Origin: an uncultured Spirochaetota bacterium
Lineage (GTDB): Bacteria; Spirochaetota; Spirochaetia; SZUA-6; Fen-1364
Direction of reading: 5' to 3'
Assembly (NCBI GenBank): GCA_963745235.1
Contig: CAVUXE010000053.1
Coordinates: 160,001-224,000 of the forward strand
Length of the DNA: 64,000 bases
The notes beneath the pieces are model-generated. The model saw only the letters and a program-made list of their open reading frames with translations. It had not been told where the DNA came from and searched no databases. Position numbers and translations under genes: made by a program. This document shows, in pieces, positions 49,179-58,889 of this stretch (positions within the stretch are counted from its first letter, which is position 1; each line of letters begins with the position of its first letter).

Positions 49179-49727
49179 TCAGCCGAGGTAGATCCTGCTT
49201 TCATCGTCGACGACGAGGATCGTCTTGCATTCAATACAGCGGAAGCGCCCGGCTTTCGATGCCTTCAACCTTTTCGAGCAAATGGGACAGGTGAAGATTC
49301 TGGGGAACGCTTGACGCTTCACTCCGCTGTCACGTCCCTCGAGGAAGCTCACGGCGTCGTTCAGGTTCTCCTTCACGGTAAAGAACTGGGAAAAACCGAG
49401 GAGCTGAAATACTTCGAATACGTTGGGGTGGATCTCCAACAGGACGATGTCTCCGTTGAGAAGCTTGACGGTCTTGAGGAAAGCGGTGAAAGCGCCAATG
49501 CCGGTGCTGGAGATATATCCGACGCCGGCAAGACTGAAGACCAGCCTGGTGAAGCCAGCTTCGATCACTTTCACGACCTTCTTTTGGAAAAAGGGCGAGT
49601 TGCTGGTATCAACGTCCCCGGAAGGATACACGACCATGCATCTCTCACTGATTTTCTGAAGGCGGATCTTGAGGCTGTCACGGCTCACGTCATCAAATCC
49701 AGGAACAAGTTCGTTGTTGGCAGTCAT
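49179..49727 (-). CDS. STAS anti-sigma factor antagonist with C-terminal Zn ribbon
   Basis: GDVDTSNS, YISSTGIG, VFQLLGF, FPRIFTCPIC..GRFRCIEC. Confidence 0.88.
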   Translation of the reverse strand: MTANNELVPGFDDVSRDSLKIRLQKISERCMVVYPSGDVDTSNSPFFQKKVVKVIEAGFTRLVFSLAGVGYISSTGIGAFTAFLKTVKLLNGDIVLLEIHPNVFEVFQLLGFSQFFTVKENLNDAVSFLEGRDSGVKRQAFPRIFTCPICSKRLKASKAGRFRCIECKTILVVDDESRIYLG

Positions 49728-49902
49728 ATTCTGGCCTCCTCGTCGACCTTTGGCAGCGCTTCGAAGGTAGTAAGAGCCTCCTCGCGCAGTTTGTCGAGAC
49801 TCGCGTGAAGAAAAGTCAGTGTTTCGGCCTTCCGGGGCGTCTCAAGCACCACCGGCGAGGCGCTATCTCGGGGCACGCCGGTGTCCCTTGCCCCCGCGAG
49901 GG

Positions 49903-50949
49903 TCAACCGTTCCTGGCCTTCTCTTCGGGCTTCCGCGCTTCCGGCCTGCTCACGCTCGCCGCCAGCCCCTGGATGGCGTCCCGAAGCATCGCGGTCAGCG
50001 GCTCCAACGTTCCCATCAGGCGGGCGTCTTGTCCATACACGGAAAGGCGGGCGCCGTTGAAGAGGTGGGAAGCTGACTCGACGATCTGCGGCGCCTGCTC
50101 GAGGGGCAGGATCTGCCGGCGCAGCTCGTGCTCGGCCCTCGTGAGCAGGAGGTCCTTTTCCACCCTGATGGCCTCCACCTGTTTCTCCAGCTCGAGCTCT
50201 TCTTTTTCGACCTCGAGGATCGCGAGCCGATTGCGGAGCCGCAGGACCTGCAGCGGCTTGTCCATCTCCACGCGGACCCGGTCCGCCTCAACCTCCAACG
50301 CGTGCTTCTCCCGGTCGTGGGCAATCCGCTGCTTCTCCGTCTCGAGGGACTCCTGCTGCACGCGGCGCTCCGAGCCGATCTTCGCCACCTGCACCGACTC
50401 GCGCGCGGAAAGCTCGGCGAGGTCGCTCCTTGACCTGATCTGATTGCGCGTCTCGGCCTCCAATTGCCGGCGCAGCTCCTGGTCCACGATGAATACCTGC
50501 GCCGCCTGGACCACATCCAGCGCGATACCTGCTCCGCCGTCAACGAGCACTTCCAGCGCCGCGTGGACGGCCCCCGTCAGGGTTGTCTTGCGCTCCTCGA
50601 TGCACTCCTGCATCGTCATGTGGGAGACGCGGTCCCGCAGCTCGCCGAGACACGCGTTTGCGACGAGCGTTTTCATGGTCTGCAGACCCTCGGAGCTTGT
50701 GAAGTCGAACAGCTGGGCGGTCACCTCGGGTCGAACGATCCGCAGGATCACGAGGCCCTTGAAACGAAGCGGGATGCCGTCTCGCGTCTCCTGCGTCATT
50801 TCGAACCGCGCCTCCTGCTGGTCGCCGGGGACCTTCACGTACCCGGTCCGCCGCCACAGGAAAAGGCTGGCCGCCGCGCCGCGATTGACGAGCTTCCCTG
50901 CCTCCGCCACCACGAGATACTCACTCGGTTTTGTCCTGACAATCGGCAT
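49903..50949 (-). CDS. SPFH / flotillin-like protein
   Basis: KPSEYLVV, QETRDGIPLRF, long C-terminal coiled coil. Confidence 0.75.
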   Translation of the reverse strand: MPIVRTKPSEYLVVAEAGKLVNRGAAASLFLWRRTGYVKVPGDQQEARFEMTQETRDGIPLRFKGLVILRIVRPEVTAQLFDFTSSEGLQTMKTLVANACLGELRDRVSHMTMQECIEERKTTLTGAVHAALEVLVDGGAGIALDVVQAAQVFIVDQELRRQLEAETRNQIRSRSDLAELSARESVQVAKIGSERRVQQESLETEKQRIAHDREKHALEVEADRVRVEMDKPLQVLRLRNRLAILEVEKEELELEKQVEAIRVEKDLLLTRAEHELRRQILPLEQAPQIVESASHLFNGARLSVYGQDARLMGTLEPLTAMLRDAIQGLAASVSRPEARKPEEKARNG

Positions 50950-51019
50950 GGTGTTTCTCCTTGCCCGGGAACCTACCCCTCATGGAGAATAATCACAATT
51001 AATAAATCAGATATTTGAA

Positions 51020-51034
51020 ATAAGAATGGCTTAT
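51020..51034. promoter_or_regulatory. LysR-type T-N11-A binding site
   Basis: ATAAG-AATGG-CTTAT dyad in the AT-rich divergent spacer. Confidence 0.6.
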
Positions 51035-51058
51035 GATATCATCGGGAGCGAGGATGCC

Positions 51059-51946
51059 ATGGAGCCCTTTTCCCTGCGGTGTTTTGTCGCGGTTGCGCGG
51101 TCAGGCAGCTTTTCACGCGCCGCGGAGGAGCTGTACCGTACGCAGCCGGCCGTCAGCCTCCAGGTTCGCAAACTGGAGCGCGAGCTGGGCCAGCGGCTTT
51201 TCGATCGTTCCCGCCGCTCACCCGTGATGACGGACGTGGGGAGGGCTTTGTACCCGGGGGCTCGTGATCTGTTGCAACGCCTTGACCGGTTGCTCGAGCT
51301 GGCCGCCGTGTCGGGGGCCGAGCCGGCGGGCACTCTGACAATCGCGTCCAACCTGTCTCTGATCGGCCACTTTCTGCCCCGGGCGGTGCACGAGTTCCAC
51401 GGGCGGCACCCGCGCGTGCGGCTGCGCTTCCTCAACCGCACCTCGCGGGGCATCGCACGAGCGCTCGACGAGGGGGAGGCGGACATCGGCATCGGGTTCC
51501 TGGTCGAGGAGCGAGCCGAGATGGAATCCGCGGTTCTCTTCCGGTCGCCGTTCGCTCTTGTCACTGCCCGGACCTCGAGGGGTTCCGCGCGGGTATTGTC
51601 GCTCGACGCCGTCCTGGCTGGGCCCGTGATCCATTTCGAGGAAGGAGTTGAGGTGCGCCGTTTCCTTGAGCAGGCTCTCACGGGCAGGAGGAGCCTGCAG
51701 CCGGTCATCGAGCTCCCCTCCATCGAGCTTATCATCCACTTCGTGAGCAGCGGGTTCGGCAGCACGATCCTGCCAGAGTTCGCGATTTCCAAAGAGTGGC
51801 GGAAGAGACTTGTCGTCAGGAGACTTGGAGGCTCCGTCCAGCCCCTGGAAGTGCGCTCATTCGTGAGCAGGCAGCGAACCGTCTCGCGAGGGGCCGCGGC
51901 ATTCCTGGACCTCCTTCGACCCATGGCGAAATCCGCTGGAAGCTGA
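51059..51946 (+). CDS. LysR family transcriptional regulator
   Basis: GSFSRAAEELYRTQPAVSLQVRKLERELG. Confidence 0.93.
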   Translation: MEPFSLRCFVAVARSGSFSRAAEELYRTQPAVSLQVRKLERELGQRLFDRSRRSPVMTDVGRALYPGARDLLQRLDRLLELAAVSGAEPAGTLTIASNLSLIGHFLPRAVHEFHGRHPRVRLRFLNRTSRGIARALDEGEADIGIGFLVEERAEMESAVLFRSPFALVTARTSRGSARVLSLDAVLAGPVIHFEEGVEVRRFLEQALTGRRSLQPVIELPSIELIIHFVSSGFGSTILPEFAISKEWRKRLVVRRLGGSVQPLEVRSFVSRQRTVSRGAAAFLDLLRPMAKSAGS

Positions 51947-52057
51947 AAAGGCTGGGAACCGTCATTCCCAGCCATGCCAGTTGACCATGACCGTCCTGCG
52001 CTCTGCAATAATCGGCCGCCTTCACCGTCCGCATTGATGTGCGACGGGAGGAGTGGC

Positions 52058-52600
52058 ATGCAACATCGAATGGGAGACTTCTGGTTCAGACTGATGGCCC
52101 TCGAATATCGGATCAAGTCCAGGCCGGCATCCGTGCTCCGCGAGCTCGAGGAGGCGGGAGTCCGCCGCGGCATGAGAGTGCTCGACTTCGGGTGCGGCCC
52201 CGGCCGGTACACGCTTCCCGCGGCCAGGATCGTGGGAAGCGAGGGGAAAGTGTTTGCCGTGGACGTACACCCGCTTGCGCGTTTGACGGTGCAGAAAGCG
52301 GCATACAGGGACGGCCTCGCAAACATCGAGGTGATCGATTCGGACTGCGCGACAGGGCTCGGTCCGCAGAGCGTCGACGTCGTGCTGCTCTACGACACCC
52401 TTCACGATGTGGTGGACAAGGACGCGGTTCTGAAGGAGCTTCGTCGAATCCTGGGCCCTGTCGGAAGGATATCGTACAGGGACCATACTCTCTGGGGCGA
52501 GCCGCTCCTCGCTCTTATGCGTGGGAACGGGTTCTTTCCCGTCGAGCAGGAGCTCCGCTCTGCTCTCGTCAGGAAAATGGTGATGCTGAGGGGCGCGTAG
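52058..52600 (+). CDS. Class I SAM-dependent methyltransferase
   Basis: VLDFGCGPG, VFAVDVHP, SVDVVLLYDTLH. Confidence 0.88.
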   Translation: MQHRMGDFWFRLMALEYRIKSRPASVLRELEEAGVRRGMRVLDFGCGPGRYTLPAARIVGSEGKVFAVDVHPLARLTVQKAAYRDGLANIEVIDSDCATGLGPQSVDVVLLYDTLHDVVDKDAVLKELRRILGPVGRISYRDHTLWGEPLLALMRGNGFFPVEQELRSALVRKMVMLRGA

Positions 52601-52619
52601 TCCGGCTTCGAAACGACAG

Positions 52620-52644
52620 CGGCGCCCTTCCGTGAAGGGCGCCG
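52620..52644. terminator. Hairpin between convergent genes
   Basis: CGGCGCCCTTC-CGT-GAAGGGCGCCG, 11-bp perfect stem. Confidence 0.5.
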
Positions 52645-52676
52645 ACAGTCGAAGGCGGAAAGTCCGGCCGGCGCTT

Positions 52677-53189
52677 CTAGTTTTCCTCCGGTCCGTCGTA
52701 GCCCATGCCGCCCATCATTGTGCCATACCCTCCGGGGGTGGGGCCGTCATCACCCATCATTCCCTGGGCTCCCGGGCGCCGCATTTCGAAGAATCGGCGA
52801 TGCTCCATTCCGAACCCCTGCCGGATGAACCGGGAGTACAGGGGGAAGTTGTCTTCACCGATGATCTGGCGAAGCTGGACCCTGGCGCCAACGAAAGCCT
52901 TCATCATGTCCCCGCGGGTCTGGGCGATCTGGCTGATGTATCCGTTGACGTCCTGCATGTTGGGGCTCGCTGGAAGCAGAGCCTTCTCCATCTGGGCGTG
53001 CAGGAGCCGTATCTGAACGACATCCTGCCTGACAGTCGCTCGTGTCCTGGTCTGAATATCGAAGACCTGATTGATCTGCGATTCATTGAGGCCGAACTTC
53101 TTCAGCATGTTTGTTTCGTGGTCCCGGGGGCTCTGCGCGAACAGGGCCATGGGAAGGACCAGGAAAACGAGTGGGATGAGTCGCTTCAT
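52677..53189 (-). CDS. Periplasmic Spy/CpxP/ZraP-like helical protein
   Basis: Signal peptide, GLNESQINQ, Met/Gly-rich tail. Confidence 0.65.
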   Translation of the reverse strand: MKRLIPLVFLVLPMALFAQSPRDHETNMLKKFGLNESQINQVFDIQTRTRATVRQDVVQIRLLHAQMEKALLPASPNMQDVNGYISQIAQTRGDMMKAFVGARVQLRQIIGEDNFPLYSRFIRQGFGMEHRRFFEMRRPGAQGMMGDDGPTPGGYGTMMGGMGYDGPEEN

Positions 53190-53285
53190 GGAAATGTCTC
53201 CTCTCATGTTGGAAATGGTACTGGAGGGGAGCACATCCATCCATAAACGCGGCTTGAAAATTGGATAATAGTCTGTTATGAGCGG

Positions 53286-53853
53286 ATGATGATCCAGATG
53301 GTGCTCGGCTACGTCTTCATTGCGGGATTCCTGCTCTTCGAGGCGGTCCTGCGCCGCGGAGAATCCGCGAAGAGCCTGGACAGGGGCGGCTCAGACCGGG
53401 GCAGCACGGTGGCGGTTGGCGTTTCGTACGGGACTGCCGTTCTCCTGCCCCTCGTTCTGAATCTGGTGCACGTGGGCCGCATGCAGACGCCCGTGCTCAG
53501 CTGGCTCGGTCTCGCCGCAATGGTTTCGGGTCTTGCCTTGCGCGCCTGGTCCATGCGGGCTTTGGGCACATTCTATTCGCGCACGCTGCGGATCGTCGGC
53601 TCGCAGGAGATCATCGACAGGGGACCGTACAGGCTCATCCGCCACCCCGGCTACCTGGGGAGCATACTGCTCTGGGTCGGCTCGGGTCTTGCTTTTTCAA
53701 ACTGGACTTCCCTGCATTGTCGTCGCCGTCCTGATGTTGGGAGTCTACATCTCCAGGATCAACGCGGAGGAGGAAATGCTCGTCGCCGCGTTCGGCGAGC
53801 GCTATATCCAGTACAGGAAGCGCACCTGGAGGCTTCTCCCCCTTCTCTATTGA
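53286..53853 (+). CDS. Isoprenylcysteine carboxyl methyltransferase family membrane protein; frameshift at ~53710
   Basis: GPYRLIRHPGYLG, then RINAEEEMLVAAFGERY..RLLPLLY in the next frame. Confidence 0.82.
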
Positions 53854-54644
53854 GCCGAACGGCTCAAAGGTGACTGGGGCTGCACATTCTGGGGCTGAGC
53901 ATGCTGGCGCTGCTTCAGGCGGCGGTGCTGGAGAAACCAATCGTACAGCTTCGTATTCCGGTAGGTGACGGTCCAGCAATCGTGATCGAGGTCAGGATAG
54001 AGGGTGAAATGCACGTCACCGCCGTTCTTCCGCAGGGCGTTCACCATGGTGATGGACTCTTCCGGAAGTACGTTGGTATCTTTTGCGCCGTGAAAGGCCC
54101 ACACGGGGAGGCTTTTCAGAGCCTTGACCCCGCTGAGGTCTCCCCACCCGGCAACCGGCGCGATGGCTGCAAACAGATCGGGATAGCTCGTCGCCATGCG
54201 CCAGACCCCGTTTGCCCCGAGGCTCCACCCCGTGAGGTACATCCGGTCCCGGTCCACGCGGAGATCCGGGAGGACCGCGTCCAGCAGGGCCTTCATCTCA
54301 GCAGGATCCCATCTCTCCTGGTCTTCAGAGAGTTGGGGCGAAATGACGACAAAGGAGAAGCTTCGAGCCTGTTCAAGGCAGGCGGGAAGACCGTTTCTTT
54401 TCACGATCTGCAGATTGCTTCCCTTTTCGGTGCTCCCGTGAAGGAAGAGGATGAGGGGCCACCTCCTTTTTCCGTCGCTGTGGTAGCTGCGCGGCAGGTA
54501 CAGGAGGTAGCGGACAGTCATGTATTTCCCCGTCACCAGGATTTTCTTCTGCTGAGGAAGCCCGGTGAGGGTCCTCGAGCGCGCCGTCAGCGGGACAACA
54601 GATGCCACGACGAGAAACGCCACGAGCGCGCAGGTCCGGATCAT
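53847..54644 (-). CDS. Secreted alpha/beta hydrolase (predicted peptidase/esterase)
   Basis: YLLYLP, PLILFLHG, YLTGWSLG, WAFHGAKD, HDCW. Confidence 0.85.
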   Translation of the reverse strand: MIRTCALVAFLVVASVVPLTARSRTLTGLPQQKKILVTGKYMTVRYLLYLPRSYHSDGKRRWPLILFLHGSTEKGSNLQIVKRNGLPACLEQARSFSFVVISPQLSEDQERWDPAEMKALLDAVLPDLRVDRDRMYLTGWSLGANGVWRMATSYPDLFAAIAPVAGWGDLSGVKALKSLPVWAFHGAKDTNVLPEESITMVNALRKNGGDVHFTLYPDLDHDCWTVTYRNTKLYDWFLQHRRLKQRQHAQPQNVQPQSPLSRSAQ

Positions 54645-54787
54645 GCGCGGGCATGGTACATCGGACGGGCGCGACGCGCCAGCACCCGTCACGCGCGGCC
54701 AGCACCTTTCACGAGCGCCCTGGCCAATCGGCGAGTTTCCACCGGGCCGCGGCATCTGTACCTTCAACGCAGAAAGGGGATGCATGA

Positions 54788-55675
54788 ATGGCAAATGCCT
54801 TGAAGGAAATCTCGAGCTCCCTGCGTGAAGCTGTCAAGCGCGCCGCCGCCTATACGGTTGCGCTGGAACGGGAGCCATACTCGGTGAGCGGGGTCCTCAT
54901 AGGCGGGGATCGAGTGCTGACTGCAAGCCATCTGGTGGCGGACGAGGGGACGGTAGTGATCACACCGGAGGGAAAGAAGCTCACGGCGAAGCTGGCCGGA
55001 CGGGACCCGATCCACGACCTGGCGCTGCTGCGCCTCGGATCGGATGTTCAGGCAGCGGTGCCCCGGGCCGCGGCGGTGGAGGTGGGAGACCTCGTGGTAT
55101 CGATAAAACGGGACTCCTTCGACGGGATCAACGCGTCGCTCGCCATGGTAAGCGCGGCAGGGGCGAAGCTCAGGCTCGGAAGGAGCGGGGTATTGGCGAA
55201 ATACCTGCAGACGGACTCCGATCGCCTGAGCGGCACCACGGGCGGACCTTTGGCGGATGCCGAGGGATCCCTCGTGGGGATCCAGGTTTTCAACCGCAGA
55301 ATGGGCGCGGAGGTGGCAATCCCGACTGACGTGGCGCTTGCGCGCGCCAAGCTCCTCGAGGAAAAGGGAAGCGTGCGCAGACCCTACCTCGGGGTCAGGA
55401 GTCAGGCCGTGGCCCTGTCGGGTGCGGCGCGGGAGGCCCTTGCGGGCAGGCAGGAGACGGGCCTCCTTCTCATCTCGGTGGAGACGGGCAGCGCCTCCGA
55501 GCGCGCGGGTCTCGAGGTCGGAGACATCCTTACCGGTCTTGGCGGCTCGCCGGTCACGAACCACGAGCAGCTGGTCGGCCTGCTCGCGGAACACGGCGCG
55601 GGGGCGGGAGTGGAGGTGGAGGTGGTCCGCGGCGGGGCGCGGCGCACGTTCTCCCTCTCCATCGGCGGCGTATGA
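54788..55675 (+). CDS. Trypsin-like S1C/HtrA-family protein with PDZ domain; Thr at the catalytic Ser position
   Basis: LTASHLV, HDLALL, TDSDRLSGTTGGPL, RPYLGV, AGLEVGDIL. Confidence 0.8.
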   Translation: MANALKEISSSLREAVKRAAAYTVALEREPYSVSGVLIGGDRVLTASHLVADEGTVVITPEGKKLTAKLAGRDPIHDLALLRLGSDVQAAVPRAAAVEVGDLVVSIKRDSFDGINASLAMVSAAGAKLRLGRSGVLAKYLQTDSDRLSGTTGGPLADAEGSLVGIQVFNRRMGAEVAIPTDVALARAKLLEEKGSVRRPYLGVRSQAVALSGAAREALAGRQETGLLLISVETGSASERAGLEVGDILTGLGGSPVTNHEQLVGLLAEHGAGAGVEVEVVRGGARRTFSLSIGGV

Positions 55676-56028
55676 ACCTTGCGCGCGCCCGGCCGCGAAT
55701 TGTCGTTCGGGCGCGCGATCCCCTGCTGCGCTCGCTCATCCTGGAGCGTCTCTCCGGGCTGGGTGATCTTGCCGAGGAAGGGGACGGGGCCGCGGGCGGG
55801 GATGCCCTCGTGGTGGCATCAAGCGCCGACCCTTCACTCACCCCGCGTGAGACAGAGGTGCTGGGGCTTCTTGCGGAAGGCATGGCCAACAAGGAGATAG
55901 CCGCCCGCCTGTCGTTCAGCACTCACACGGCCAAATTTCACGTCGAATCCCTTTTGCGGAAGCTGGATGCCGCCAACCGGGCAGAGGCAGTGCGAGAAGG
56001 GATCAAACGAGGGTTGATCGGCGTGTAG
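55672..56028 (+). CDS. Small LuxR-family HTH regulator
   Basis: LTPRETEVL..GMANKEIA..HTAKFHV..KL..NRAEAV. Confidence 0.88.
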   Translation: MNLARARPRIVVRARDPLLRSLILERLSGLGDLAEEGDGAAGGDALVVASSADPSLTPRETEVLGLLAEGMANKEIAARLSFSTHTAKFHVESLLRKLDAANRAEAVREGIKRGLIGV

Positions 56029-56038
56029 AGAGGGATTG

Positions 56039-56091
56039 TTAACAGCATTTAATCCCGCGTTCACCTTAGCTTAACATTTCATCAGTACTAT
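56039..56091 (+). promoter_or_regulatory. Four phased TT(A/C)A(C/T) repeats plus a -10 box (PhoP/OmpR-type promoter)
   Basis: TTAACA 56039, TTAATC 56049, TTCACC 56060, TTAACA 56071; TACTAT 56086-56091. Confidence 0.55.
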
Positions 56092-56131
56092 GGAAGAGAC
56101 TAGGACGAGAAAGTCCAAGCCTTTTTCATCC

Positions 56132-56173
56132 AAGGGGGCCTGCCGGGTTCCGGCCAGGTCCCTTCTTTTTTTT
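56132..56173 (+). terminator. Strong rho-independent terminator
   Basis: AAGGGGGCCTG-CCGG-GTT-CCGG-CCAGGTCCCTT followed by CTTTTTTTT. Confidence 0.75.
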
Positions 56174-56201
56174 CCCACCGGGGATTACGATCCGGCCAGA
56201 G

Positions 56202-56870
56202 GTGGCTCTCATCAAAGCGGGCGAGATTTTCGACAGTTTTCCGTTCCTGACCGCAATGCCCCGGGAGGCCAGGGACGAGCTTTCCCTGCGCGCGGTCAAC
56301 AAGAGTCTTTCCCACAAGCAGGTCCTCGTGAACGGCGGAGACTGCGAGTACCTCCCTCTTGTCCTGAAGGGGACGCTCCGCGTATACAAGGTGAGCGAAA
56401 CGGGCAAAGAGCTCACGCTCTACCGGATCGATCAGGGCGAAAGCTGCATTCTTTCAGCAACATGCATCCTCAACACCAGCACATTCCCCGCCATGGTGGA
56501 GGCCGAAGGGCCGACAGACGTGATCCTGATCCCCTCCCAGATCTTCTCCCGGTGGGTGGAATCGTACCCCGCATGGCGAAGGTTCGTATTCGGCATCTAT
56601 GAAAAGCGGCTGGACATGCTCCTCACCCTGGTGGAGGAGGTGGCCTTCCACCGCGTGGACGCGCGGATCTCCTCCTACCTTGCTGGGGAGGCAGAGGGAG
56701 GACGGACGACCGTTTCCGCCACGCACCAGCAGATAGCGTCCGAGGTTGGAACCTCTCGTGAGGTCGTGAGCCGGATCCTGAGGGATCTCGAGGCCGAAGG
56801 ACTGGTCGTTACGGAAAGAGGACGGATACGGATTCTTGACCGCACCCGTCTTTCAGCAAAGGCGGAATGA
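56202..56870 (+). CDS. Crp/Fnr family transcriptional regulator
   Basis: GKELTLYRI..GESC, EEVAF, THQQIASEVGTSREVVSRIL. Confidence 0.92.
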   Translation: MALIKAGEIFDSFPFLTAMPREARDELSLRAVNKSLSHKQVLVNGGDCEYLPLVLKGTLRVYKVSETGKELTLYRIDQGESCILSATCILNTSTFPAMVEAEGPTDVILIPSQIFSRWVESYPAWRRFVFGIYEKRLDMLLTLVEEVAFHRVDARISSYLAGEAEGGRTTVSATHQQIASEVGTSREVVSRILRDLEAEGLVVTERGRIRILDRTRLSAKAE

Positions 56871-56879
56871 TCCTGGTTC

Positions 56880-56894
56880 GTGACCAAGGTCACA
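56880..56894 (+). promoter_or_regulatory. Crp/Fnr-type binding site at the class II position
   Basis: GTGA-CCAAGG-TCACA centred 41.5 bp upstream of a start inferred from -10 TACTCT (56916-56921). Confidence 0.7.
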
Positions 56895-56942
56895 GATGCG
56901 TTGGCCATTTGCGGCTACTCTTGGTCAATTGAAAGGACGCGC

Positions 56943-58623
56943 ATGAAGCTGGTGATAATCGGAGGCGTCGCCGGGGGAGCCACGGCGGCCGCTCGAGCAC
57001 GGAGAATCAGCGAAGAGGCGGAGATAACGATAGTAGAAAAAGGCCCGTACGTGTCGTACGCGAACTGCGGCCTTCCCTACCATGTCTCGGGGGACATCCG
57101 AAAAAGGTCGCGCCTTCTCCTGCAGAGCACCGGAAGGTTTCGACAGCCGCTACTCCATCACGGTTCTCACGGAGACTGAAGCCGTGCAGATCGACCGGGC
57201 AGGTCGCCGGGTGCGGGTCGTGGGCCCCGCAGGAGAGTCGTGGCTTTCCTATGACAAGCTGATCCTGGCGCAGGGCGGACACCCTGTTGTTCCCGCTGTG
57301 GAGGGAGCGGACGCCGCCCATGTGTTCACCATCTGGACGGTTCCCGACATGGACCGGATCATTGAGCACCTCGAGAAAGCCGCTCCGGCTTCCGCCGTCA
57401 TAGCGGGCGGCGGCTTCATTGGCGTTGAAATGGCGGAAGCCTTCACGAAACGCGGCATTTCCACCACGATCGTTGAGCTGATGCCTCGGCTCATGTCATC
57501 TCTGGATCCGGAGTTCGGCTCCCTGATCTCACAGCGGCTGGAGTCGCGCGGAGTTCACGTGGTAAGCGGGAAAGGCATTGCGGCCATTCACGCCTCGGAG
57601 GTGGAGCTCACCGACGGGACGCGGGTGGCGGCCGCCATGGTGCTTCTTGCAGTCGGGGTCAGGCCGGAAACGTCCCTGGCGCGCGCCGCGGGCCTCGCCA
57701 TCGGGCAGGCGGGCGGGGTCCTCGTGGACAATCACATGCAGACCTCCGACCCGGACATTTTCGCCGCAGGAGACATGGTGGAGATCCACCACAGGGTTCT
57801 CGGCCGCGGCGTCCGCATCCCGCTCGCCGGACCCGCGAATCGCCAGGGCAGGGTGGCGGCTTCGAATGCGCTGGGGATTCCCCTGGGCTACGCCGGCGCC
57901 CTGGGGACCAGTGTCGTGAAGGTTTTCGATGCGGCCGTTTCCAGCACAGGGCTCACCGAGACCGCCGCTCGCGCCGCAGGGTTGGATGCCGGCGCAGCCG
58001 TGGTCGTGAAGGACCATCACGCAGGCTACTACCCGGGCGCCCACGAGCTCTACCTCAAGATCGTGTACGAACGAGGGAGCGGGCGGCTCCTGGGAGGGCA
58101 GGCCTTCGGCGAAGAGGGAGTCGAAAAGAGGATCGATGTGCTCGCCACGGCGCTGGCCGCCGGTATGACTCTCTCCGAGGTCGCCGAGCTGGATCTTGCC
58201 TACGCTCCGCCGTTCTCTTCCGCCAATGACCCCGTCAACCTTGCCGCCTTCGTCGCGGGGAATGACCTGTCGGGATTCAGCCCCACGCTGACAGCCGGCT
58301 CTCTCAAAGGCGTCCTCGGAGCGTCGGGCGCGGATGCGCCGGTGCTCCTGGACGTAAGGACGCTGAACGAGTTCGAGGCGTCGCACCTGAAGGGCGCGAC
58401 GCACGTGCCGTTGGACGAGCTTCGTTTCCGGCTGGAGGAGATTCCCCGTGACAGGCCGATCATCCTCTACTGTCGGAGCGGATACAGGGCGCATCTGGCG
58501 CTGAGGATCCTGAAGGAAAACGGCTTTCACGAGGTCAGGAACGTCACCGGCGGCTATCTGAGCATCACTGCCGAGGGAGGTTTCGAAATCGAAGAGGCGC
58601 GGGAAGGAGTGTTGGATTCATGA
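56943..58623 (+). CDS. CoA-disulfide/persulfide reductase with C-terminal rhodanese domain; frameshift at ~57129
   Basis: GGVAGGA, SYANCGLPY, GGGFIGVE, LAGPANRQG, LAYAPPFS, LDVRT..YCRSGYRA. Confidence 0.88.
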
Positions 58624-58889
58624 GCACCGTCAGGGAGAAGATTGCCAAAGGCGCGCGGATAGTGGACGTCAGGACGCCGGCGGAGTTCAGAGACGGGTCG
58701 TACCCGGGGGCCATCAACATACCCCTGGTCGCCCTGCTGGCTCGCATGAACGAGCTGGAGCCCAAGGATGCTCCCATTGTCCTGTTCTGCGCCTCAGGCG
58801 CGCGCAGCGCCCAGGGAGCCCGGCTGCTCAAGCAGGCAGGGTTCACGGATGTCATCAATGCGGGCGGCCTGGATGACATGCCGGAATGA
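58620..58889 (+). CDS. Single-domain rhodanese (sulfurtransferase)
   Basis: IVDVRTPAEF, GAINIP, FCASGARS. Confidence 0.9.
   Translation: MSTVREKIAKGARIVDVRTPAEFRDGSYPGAINIPLVALLARMNELEPKDAPIVLFCASGARSAQGARLLKQAGFTDVINAGGLDDMPE

Noticed and set aside
49724-49906. 60-aa ORF bridging the flotillin and STAS genes
   Set aside because: TTG start, no recognisable motif; may be a chance ORF despite overlapping both neighbours
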